A stretch of DNA of 18,855 bases from an uncultured Deferribacteres bacterium (GTDB lineage: Bacteria; Zhuqueibacterota; Zhuqueibacteria; Zhuqueibacterales; Geothermadaptataceae), in NCBI GenBank assembly GCA_964014485.1, contig CAXHAT010000158.1:1-18855 (forward strand), read 5' to 3'. The position numbers and the translations under genes are program-made. This document shows positions 7,697 to 15,081 of this stretch, in pieces; the first letter of the stretch is position 1; each line of letters begins with the position of its first letter. The notes under the pieces were generated by a model, which saw nothing but the letters and a program-made list of their open reading frames with translations, was not told the origin of the DNA and did no database searches.

Positions 7697-10600
7697 CTAT
7701 TTGAGCAGAATCATTTTTTTGGAGATAGCGCCCTCCGGCGTAATTAAACGGTAAAAATACACGCCGCTGGCAACGGCATTTCCAAGATCGTCACGGCCGT
7801 CCCAAATTTCGGTGAAATACCCGGCTGTCTGCTGTTCACCGTTGATAAGACCGCGAATCCGTCGTCCCAGTTGATCAAACACAATCAGCGAAACAGTTGC
7901 GCTTTTCGGCAAATTGTATCGAATCGCCGTTTCCGGGTTGAACGGATTCGGATAGTTTTGCATTAAGGCGAATTGTTCGGGAACGAGTGCGATTTCTCCA
8001 GCGGTTTGTTCAACAAAATCCCGATCGCCAACAACGATTTTGAGGGTTCTGGCGCCGCCGCTTTTTGATGTCGGAATGGTGTAGCCGCTGCGCTCAAGCA
8101 AGTTTTGCGCAATTTTGGCGGTCTCGTCCACAAGATAAAGCTGGCGGTTTTTCGGGAAGTTTTCCGGCACCTCAAAAGCGAGTTCTACGGGGCTGGCAGC
8201 TCTGCCGGTTTGCACTTGAAAGTTCCACACAGCTTCCGCGTCGTCCTCAACCGGTCGAAAATCCGTGCTGAAATACCGCGCCGACGCTTCCCACTCCGAG
8301 CGTTCGAAGGCGAGGGAAACAAAGCCCTGCACAACCGGAGGCTCGATTTGTTCAAATTCGTCGAAGCCTTCATGCGCGCCGAATTTCACGCCCAGAAAGT
8401 TCTCGCTGTCTTTTTGCGAGCCGGATTTCGCCTGGATTTTGATGCGCCATTCTCCGGGCGCATTCGTGAAATTTTCCGAGCGCGTTTTCGCCGTCGCCGC
8501 TTGACTTTCGTATGGCGAAATTGTGAGGTACATCGGGTCTCGCGAAGTCCCGGCGCGTTCGACAAACACGGCGTACCCTTTCCAGGGCTCGAGTTGACCG
8601 GCGACTTGCCAGCCGTCGTTAAAACCGTAGACGCCGCCCACTTGTCGAGCGTTGACATAGCTGAGCACAGTGTCGGCGACGTTAAAATTGAACGGCAGAC
8701 CAAACAAATTCCAGCCGTCGTAAACTCTGATTTGAAAAGGGCAAACCGTGGCCACCGTCGTGGCGGGGCCGCTGTCTACAAACCGTTCGGCGTTGCGAGA
8801 AATAAGAAAATAGGCGCGACCCGGCGCAAATGGGCGAGAATTGACGCCTTCCTGCCAGCGCAGGTCTTCGGCATTTTGCGGCACGAAGTCAAAAATTCGC
8901 CAAAACGTATCGTTGTAAACGTCCAGATCGTCTTCCAATACTTGCAGAACGCCGGGGCTGTCCAGAGTGTGCGGTACGGAAAAAAGTTGGTATTTGAGGG
9001 TGTCAAATCCTGCGGTTAGCGGCATTGGCATTCCGTCTTCGTCGAGCGGTGCGTCGCCTTCGCCGTCCATTCGCGTTGTTACTGCGCTCCAGCCGCTGCT
9101 TGCGCAAAGCGCTGTGTCCTGCGGCGCGGCGGATTGGTTGCCCAGCGTGTCCGTTGCAATGACGGCCACTTCAAGCCCGCGTCTGGTGACGCTCTCGCCC
9201 GGAATTCGAAACATGAATGAATCCGTGCCGGCCACGCGGGTGGCAAGAATGCTGTCGCGCTGACTTGTCCGTCCGCCCAGACGGTAAAGCGCCCAGACGG
9301 AATCCACTGCAGAAATGTCTGTGATTCTTGCGTAATTTTCGTGGCGCGAGCCAACAGTTGCTGCTGCGCTGTCGGTGAGAACTTGCACGGTCGGCGCACA
9401 TCCGTCGAAACGATATTCGAAGGATTCAAACGCGGCGTGGTTGCTGTTTCCGGCGGAATCAGCAAACCAAAAATAGACACTGCCGACGCCGCAGAGCGTG
9501 TCGGAATTAAATGGAATCGTCGCCGTGCCGCGCCCTGAATGCGGCCGCGCGATTGGCAGAGAACCGCTGGAGTCGCTTGCTGAGACGGGCGGCGTTAAAA
9601 ATTTGTAGCGCACTTCAGCCGCGTCGGAGAAGTTTTTCACAGCGTCGACGGGTATGCTGAAAGAAATGAGAAAAGGACGGCTTGCATTAAACCAGGAAGT
9701 TGCCGGAATAATCCGGGAAATGTTTTCCGGTTTTGCCGGAGACAAAAGGTCATAAGTAAAACTCGTTCTAACCGCGTTTTGATAGCCGGAATTTCCGCTG
9801 CCGTCCGTTAGCCAAACGTAGAGGTTCCACCTCCCTGAAGTTAGCCTGTCTCTAAGCGGCAGGTAAACGCAAGTTTGACTGTCCGCCAGCGCCGCCCGTC
9901 CGCCTTGCAGCGTCGTATCGTTGGCGTCCTGGGGCGGAGCGTTGTCTTGCGTAAGCTTCCAGAAAACTTCAGCCACGCCGCTTTGTTCCGGCGGGTTCTG
10001 CCAGCAAATCTGGAGGCTGTCTGCGCTCGTAAGCCCGTCGTGATTTGTGAAAACGGCCTGAAGATTTGAGACTGCTTGCGGCGGCAGTATGTCAATGCCG
10101 TTTCCTCTGATTAGAACAATGTCTTCTTGTCTCGATGAATCGTTGTGAGTGATGCTCAGTCTGACGCTGTCATAATTTGCGAAAGCTTTCGGGGCGAAGG
10201 TGATTTCGACAGTTCGTTGACCGCCCGGGGCTAATGAAAACAGAGATGGCGTGACTGAAAACGCGTCAGGCAGACTTGTTTCGATTCCGTTTATGAACAA
10301 GGTTTGGCTGGCGGCAGGATTGCCGGCGTTCTCATTGGTCACAACGAGATTCAGCTTTCTGGATTCGTTTATGGGTACGTCGCCGAAATTTATGTCCTTT
10401 GTGCTCAGAGAAAGTCCTGGGCCCAAGGCGCCGGCATGAACGGGAACGCTCAACTCTCGATTATTGCGATCATTACTTTCGATAGTAACTGAGCCGCTGA
10501 CGAGCACCCGAACCGGCGGAGTGAATTCGACAAAGACTTCCAGAGAATCTCCGGGCGCAACGATTGTATTGTTATAATTGCCGACAATTTGAAAAAAAGT

Positions 10601-11161
10601 AGAACTCGAAATCGATCTGATGCTCAGGTTCGCACAGCTTTCATTATAAACTGCCAGGCGGCGTACTTGTTTTGAGCCAAACGGGTTGTTGCCAAAATCA
10701 ACGGAGCTTGGCGAAATGCTGATTTTCCCGGTGCGGCAAATGAAAAGCGTCGTGTTCAAATCGACGCTGAACGTTTGCGCCATTTCAAAGCCGTTGTCCG
10801 CCTTGGCCTTTTGAACTCGGAATTGATATTCGCCGTCTTCGCTCGCCGGTTCAAAATTTGTGATCGAAAGCGAGCCTTCCCAGGTAAAGGAATCAATCCA
10901 GTCGCCGCTCGCGGAAAAGTTCATGTTGTAACTTCCGTCCAGACTGTAGTGAATTTCCGGCGCGACGGACGCGTCCATTTCCCGGTCAAAAGTCAATTCA
11001 ACCAACACAGGGCCGTAACTTGTTTCCCGAACGGGCTGATCTCCGGCGTAAAAAGTCATATCGACGAGCCGCGGCGTTTGCCCCAAAAGGCTGGCGGGAA
11101 GCACGCTTAAGAACAAGCTTGCCGTTTTCAAAAAATTGCGCAGGTTCATATTTTTTCCCAT
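7697..11161 (-). CDS. Large secreted protein with two choice-of-anchor-D/ASH-like Ig domains, further Ig-like repeats and FlgD/T9SS-type CTD
   Basis: Signal peptide; motifs ISPSSVDFG..VAPGDSLEVFVEFTP..ESND and LSTKDINFGDV..LAPGGQRTVEITFAP..HND; CTD FALMQNYPNPFNP..WDGRDDLGNAVASGVYFYRL. The start could instead be 11149. Confidence 0.88.
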   Translation of the reverse strand: MGKNMNLRNFLKTASLFLSVLPASLLGQTPRLVDMTFYAGDQPVRETSYGPVLVELTFDREMDASVAPEIHYSLDGSYNMNFSASGDWIDSFTWEGSLSITNFEPASEDGEYQFRVQKAKADNGFEMAQTFSVDLNTTLFICRTGKISISPSSVDFGNNPFGSKQVRRLAVYNESCANLSIRSISSSTFFQIVGNYNNTIVAPGDSLEVFVEFTPPVRVLVSGSVTIESNDRNNRELSVPVHAGALGPGLSLSTKDINFGDVPINESRKLNLVVTNENAGNPAASQTLFINGIETSLPDAFSVTPSLFSLAPGGQRTVEITFAPKAFANYDSVRLSITHNDSSRQEDIVLIRGNGIDILPPQAVSNLQAVFTNHDGLTSADSLQICWQNPPEQSGVAEVFWKLTQDNAPPQDANDTTLQGGRAALADSQTCVYLPLRDRLTSGRWNLYVWLTDGSGNSGYQNAVRTSFTYDLLSPAKPENISRIIPATSWFNASRPFLISFSIPVDAVKNFSDAAEVRYKFLTPPVSASDSSGSLPIARPHSGRGTATIPFNSDTLCGVGSVYFWFADSAGNSNHAAFESFEYRFDGCAPTVQVLTDSAAATVGSRHENYARITDISAVDSVWALYRLGGRTSQRDSILATRVAGTDSFMFRIPGESVTRRGLEVAVIATDTLGNQSAAPQDTALCASSGWSAVTTRMDGEGDAPLDEDGMPMPLTAGFDTLKYQLFSVPHTLDSPGVLQVLEDDLDVYNDTFWRIFDFVPQNAEDLRWQEGVNSRPFAPGRAYFLISRNAERFVDSGPATTVATVCPFQIRVYDGWNLFGLPFNFNVADTVLSYVNARQVGGVYGFNDGWQVAGQLEPWKGYAVFVERAGTSRDPMYLTISPYESQAATAKTRSENFTNAPGEWRIKIQAKSGSQKDSENFLGVKFGAHEGFDEFEQIEPPVVQGFVSLAFERSEWEASARYFSTDFRPVEDDAEAVWNFQVQTGRAASPVELAFEVPENFPKNRQLYLVDETAKIAQNLLERSGYTIPTSKSGGARTLKIVVGDRDFVEQTAGEIALVPEQFALMQNYPNPFNPETAIRYNLPKSATVSLIVFDQLGRRIRGLINGEQQTAGYFTEIWDGRDDLGNAVASGVYFYRLITPEGAISKKMILLK

Positions 11162-11212
11162 GATGTCTTGCGAAGCTGTATTTTCAGGTATTTCTTCAAT
11201 CGAAAGTCGTGC

Positions 11213-12007
11213 TTATCGGTTCGTGGATTCTCCCGAATCCGGGAAAACGGGCGGACCTGGCAATTGCGCCGTAACGCCTTCGCCGTTTTCGCCCTGCGAG
11301 TTTGCCTGCATGATAAAAACGCCGGCTCCAACAACGCTTGCTCCAAGAAGGCCATAGACAATCCATTTGCTCTTGCCGCCCTTCTTTCGCGTCCGCGCTC
11401 TTTGCTGGTTCAAATCTTTCAACGTTTCATTGGCTTCTTGCAGAACGTCGTTATCCGATTCAGTCGTCTCAGTGAATCCGGGGTCTTGTACCGGCATTTC
11501 CTGTCGCAGTCGATGCGTTTGATCCGTCAGTTTTGCCGCAATGACGCGCATGTAAATCGCTAAGTCATTCAGCGAACCTTCAAATTCATCCGTTACGGCT
11601 CGAACAACCTCGCCGGTTTTTCCATGAAGAATACGCGCTTCAATTTGGTAGAGCGAGCCGATCTTGCGAATTTTCCCATTCACTACCAGCGCGGCGCCCA
11701 CCAGCTTGCCCGCCTCGCGTCCGCACTCTTCGCTCGAGCAATTTGCCGGAAGAATGTTGTTTTCTCGCAAAACGCTTTCGACTTTTGTGATATTCATCGG
11801 CTGGAAAGAACCGAATTTCACCAGCTCTCGCTGTAATCGTTCCGCGAGCTGCTTCGATGCGCTGCTTGGCAGACGGCCTTTCACGGCGAAAGGAATGACG
11901 GCCAAAGAATATTGTGTTTGCTGGAATTTTCGAGCGGCAAACAGGTCAAAAGAAAAAAGGGAAAGAAAAAATGAGATGAGAAGGAGGAGAGAAACCGTTT
12001 TTTTCAT
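11213..12007 (-). CDS. Exported CsgG/TolB_N-like (DUF2380/FlgO-like) domain protein with hydrophobic, Pro-rich C-terminal tail
   Basis: Signal peptide; LAVIPF..CSSEECGREAGKLVGAALVVNGKIRKIGSLYQIEARIL..TGEVV pattern; tail KKGGKSKWIVYGLLGASVVGAGVFIM..LPGPPVFP. Confidence 0.8.
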   Translation of the reverse strand: MKKTVSLLLLISFFLSLFSFDLFAARKFQQTQYSLAVIPFAVKGRLPSSASKQLAERLQRELVKFGSFQPMNITKVESVLRENNILPANCSSEECGREAGKLVGAALVVNGKIRKIGSLYQIEARILHGKTGEVVRAVTDEFEGSLNDLAIYMRVIAAKLTDQTHRLRQEMPVQDPGFTETTESDNDVLQEANETLKDLNQQRARTRKKGGKSKWIVYGLLGASVVGAGVFIMQANSQGENGEGVTAQLPGPPVFPDSGESTNR

Positions 12008-12073
12008 GAGGTCGTTTCCAAGGTGCAGTGCTAAGAATCAAAAAAACTAATCTTGAAAATCGGGCGAACATGA

Positions 12074-12088
12074 ACAAATATAGTGCCA
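12074..12088 (-). promoter_or_regulatory. Possible sigma-54 (-24/-12) promoter
   Basis: TGGCAC-TATAT-TTGT versus consensus TGGCAC-N5-TTGC, with one mismatch at the -12 C. Lies 66 nt upstream of the ATG at 12007. Confidence 0.35.
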
Positions 12089-12190
12089 CTGCCGGGGATT
12101 CACGTAAGCGGAAACGTTCAATAATCAGCTTAAAACCTGATATTAAGCGCTTCGCCCCAAAACATGCCCACAGTCATTCCCGCGAAGGCG

Positions 12191-12468
12191 CACGCGCGAT
12201 AAAAAGAATGTGGATAACTCAAATCAGTCCCAGCGGGACGACCGAAACTAGCCCGCCAATTCATTGGCGGGGCAAAATCAGCCGTGTTTCGAGTGAAGTC
12301 CCGGCAGGGACGACTGAGATTTTTACACGGCGCCGAACTTCAACCGTCCCTTGCGGGACTTTATGGAAATCAGGCGTAACTTCAGTCCAGCCAATGAATT
12401 GGCTGGCTATTTTCGAATGTCCCTCCGGGACAAGGTGCAAGTTATCCACAACCTTTTTATCGCGCGTG
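12191..12468. mobile_element. MITE family B (278 bp, 29-bp TIRs, 10-bp target duplication)
   Basis: CACGCGCGATAAAAAGAATGTGGATAACT (12191-12219) versus AGTTATCCACAACCTTTTTATCGCGCGTG (12440-12468) is a 27/29 inverted match. Flanks CGCGAAGGCG and CGCGGAGGCG match 9/10. Confidence 0.85.
12227..12431. repeat. Mirror-symmetric GTCCC-N3/4-GGGAC and GCCAATTCATTGGC hairpin cluster
   Basis: Hairpins A 12227-12239, B 12252-12271, C 12298-12311, C' 12346-12359, B' 12387-12406 and A' 12419-12431. Confidence 0.85.
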
Positions 12469-12711
12469 CGCGGAGGCGGGAATCCAGAAAGTGGCGTCAA
12501 CCGTTGGGTACCCGCCTCTGCAGGCAGGACTTTAAGAATCAGGTTTGAATTTTAGAGCCAGCGCGCAACATCAGTTAAAACGTTATGTTCGGGCAAACGA
12601 AGATATGAAGCGTGCGAACGAGATGGTTCGGCGCCGAAAGACCTCTGGAAACAAGGCCGCCGTTTGTGCAAACCTGAAACAGGCGTCAACGCATGTAACA
12701 AGAACACTGCG

Positions 12712-15024
12712 TTATTTGGCAAGGTGCATCTTGATCGTTCTGGTTTGGAGCGCCGCGTTCTTCCCTTGCGATTTCATGACAAGAAAATACGCTCCGGAAG
12801 CCGCTTTCGCCCCCGCTTCATTTCGCCCGTCCCAATTGATTTGGTGAAATCCTGCCGAATAATCGTTTGGCGCCCAGCGTCTTACTTCACGCCCAAGAAT
12901 GTCATGAATGACGAACGTAACCGCCGCTCTTTCCGGCAGCCCAAAGCGGACGGTTGTCCCGGGATGCTGACCGAACGCGCGTTGGGCGTTTTTGGCCGAG
13001 AACGGGTTTGGATAATTCTGTGCGAGGGTGAATGCTTTGGGCGCGGAGCCAGCGGCGTCGGAGATTGAAGTCGGCGTATCAAAGAAAAAGTTCAGCACCT
13101 TTTGCATCAGCAGGTTTCGCGAGCCGGAGGAAGAAATCGTTTCGAAAGGAAAGCCCATGGTCACAACCTTTCCAGGCGTTGTTCCTTTGCCAAACACGCC
13201 CTGATACTGGACGCCTGCCACCAAGCCGTTGCCATACTTTAACGCCGCAATTCCGCCGCCTGTCGGTGTAAAATAGTCCGGCCAATCTTCTTCATAGGGA
13301 CGTGCGCCATAGCTAAAAGAATTCAGCCCGTCGAAAATGCTGTTTTCAATGCCGGTCGCTGTTAAGGATTGCGAATCGTCGCCGTCGTAACCGACCTTTA
13401 AGTAATCATGCAAAAACTGCGTTTCGGCGACTGTTGCGGAATTGCTGCCTTCCAAATCCCAGCCAATTTCCGAGCCGTTGACAAAGAGAAAGCCGCCATT
13501 TTCAAGATAACTTTTTACGAGGCTTTGTTCAGCGCTGGAGAACGTTTGGTCATTGGTTGATTCATCGCCTAAAAACCAAATCACCGCGTCATAGTCCGCT
13601 AAATTTATCACGCCGTCCAGTAAAGCTTCGTTGGCGCAAGTCTCAAAAGTGAACTTGTTGGCGCGCACCGCTAACCCGTGGTGAAATGCGAAAGAGTGCC
13701 AGGCTTGATTCCAACTGCCGGAAGCTTGCGTTCGGTCAAAGCCGTCAACGATCAGAATGCGCTCCGACTTTTCGCCGATGTTTACGCCGTAAACGTCGCT
13801 AGGCGAACTGACGTTCGGCGGCGAAACGCTGTCAACGGCGGTGATAAAAAAGTACGTTGCTTGAGCGAGATCTTTGCCCAAATAAGATTCAGCCTCGGCC
13901 GTAACTTCAGACTCATCGGCGATTTGCGACCAGATGATGTTGTTGGTTGATGAAAAAACGCGAAATCCGCCGAGATCGTCTTCATTGCCGCTGGAAAATG
14001 TGAGCAGCGGCTGCGCGTTTTGCAGAAGCGCCGTTTGCAAAACAGGTTGATTTGGCGGAATCAGATCGCGGCGGGAAATGGAAATATCGATAAATTCTTC
14101 ATCAATATTGTCGCGTGTATCTTCCGCGAAAAGCCTGAGCGTGTACTCGCCCTCAGGGATGGACTGCGTATCTAAAAATGACGTTCGGGTTAGTTCGTTG
14201 GTGATAAAATAAACGTGCGCGCTGGTGCTCGATTGCGTTGGATCAAAAACATTGTGAACCCAGGAATTGCTCGGCTTGTTGTCAAAGCGAAAAACAACCC
14301 CGTCTTCGGTCGGCGAATGAACGACAGCTGCTCGGTCGCGCGAAAGCACTTGATAGCCGACGGTATAAGCGCCGTTGTTCAGCCGCGATTCAAAAGTTCC
14401 CGGCGGGCCGTTGGCTTCTCGCACGCGAAAAGTAATGGTGACCGGGCCGCTCAAATCGTTCGTAGGAAAGCGTTTAGCCGTCCCCGCCTGGTAAAATCGG
14501 ACGTCTTGAATAACCGGCGGCCAGGGATCGTTGTAAGGCGTTAAACCGCCGCCTTGCCTTAGAGCATTTTGCTCTCCTCCGACAAAGCCGTCCGTAAAGT
14601 GGACATGCCCCTGTCCCGAAATTATGGTTCCGAGCACGGTTTCTCCGGCTGTCACCGGATCGCCAATCGAAAGTGACGCCGTCGGATTGATATGCACGTA
14701 GGCAAGAGAGCCGACTCGGACAAAAGCGTTAGAGCCGCTGCGAGCAAGCGAAGTTACTGTCCCGCTAACCACCGGATAAACCGGAGAGCCGTCCGCTTTG
14801 GGGATGTCGGCGCCGTTGTGAAAATGCGGGCTGGAGCCGGTGTCGCGGTACTCGGAAAACGTCCCCGTTATCTCCTGCGATTCGTCGAAAGGCGTCACCG
14901 GCCAGGGATGCTGCTGTCGTGCAGACGCCGTGGAAAAGAAAAGGACGATGATCACCGCCGCACCACTGTTTTTTGCTAAAAAATGGTTCATGCGTCGAGC
15001 CTGTATTTTGAAACCAGTTTGCAT
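12712..15024 (-). CDS. Secreted M23-family metallopeptidase with FN3-like domain, an alpha/beta domain and FlgD/T9SS-type CTD
   Basis: M23 zinc motifs HNGAD (HxxxD) and HVH; CTD FTLAQNYPNPF..WDGRNEAGAKAASGAYF. ATG at 15024 follows GGGGGTG (the ORF track starts at TTG 15030). Confidence 0.85.
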   Translation of the reverse strand: MQTGFKIQARRMNHFLAKNSGAAVIIVLFFSTASARQQHPWPVTPFDESQEITGTFSEYRDTGSSPHFHNGADIPKADGSPVYPVVSGTVTSLARSGSNAFVRVGSLAYVHINPTASLSIGDPVTAGETVLGTIISGQGHVHFTDGFVGGEQNALRQGGGLTPYNDPWPPVIQDVRFYQAGTAKRFPTNDLSGPVTITFRVREANGPPGTFESRLNNGAYTVGYQVLSRDRAAVVHSPTEDGVVFRFDNKPSNSWVHNVFDPTQSSTSAHVYFITNELTRTSFLDTQSIPEGEYTLRLFAEDTRDNIDEEFIDISISRRDLIPPNQPVLQTALLQNAQPLLTFSSGNEDDLGGFRVFSSTNNIIWSQIADESEVTAEAESYLGKDLAQATYFFITAVDSVSPPNVSSPSDVYGVNIGEKSERILIVDGFDRTQASGSWNQAWHSFAFHHGLAVRANKFTFETCANEALLDGVINLADYDAVIWFLGDESTNDQTFSSAEQSLVKSYLENGGFLFVNGSEIGWDLEGSNSATVAETQFLHDYLKVGYDGDDSQSLTATGIENSIFDGLNSFSYGARPYEEDWPDYFTPTGGGIAALKYGNGLVAGVQYQGVFGKGTTPGKVVTMGFPFETISSSGSRNLLMQKVLNFFFDTPTSISDAAGSAPKAFTLAQNYPNPFSAKNAQRAFGQHPGTTVRFGLPERAAVTFVIHDILGREVRRWAPNDYSAGFHQINWDGRNEAGAKAASGAYFLVMKSQGKNAALQTRTIKMHLAK

Positions 15025-15081
15025 ATTCAATCACACCCCCGAGTTACTTTCAATTCAAGTTGGCTTGGTTTTGATTCGGTG

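Larger units (their letters stand above)
12173..12530. repeat. Interrupted dRS3/REP-like hairpin pair
   Basis: GTCATTCCCGCGAAGGCG | insertion | CGCGGAGGCGGGAATCCAG, followed by a degenerate partner TGGGTACCCGCCTCTGCAGGCAGGAC (12505-12530). Confidence 0.8.
12137..12574. mobile_element. MITE family A, copy 3 (outer layer of nested element)
   Basis: Ends CTGATATTAAGCGC and GCGCGCAACATCAG are an 11/14 inverted match, flanked by the perfect direct repeat TTAAAAC (12130-12136 and 12575-12581). Confidence 0.8.

Noticed and set aside
8105..9019. 304-aa plus-strand ORF
   Set aside because: Antisense shadow of the 1154-aa gene.
12209..12450. oriC suggested by DnaA boxes
   Set aside because: Only two boxes, both explained by TIR symmetry; no AT-rich unwinding element and no dnaA/dnaN context.
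12028..12555. 175-aa plus-strand ORF (and the 79-aa and 65-aa ORFs) across the nested element as a possible transposase
   Set aside because: No DDE or HUH motifs; it simply reads through palindromic repeats.
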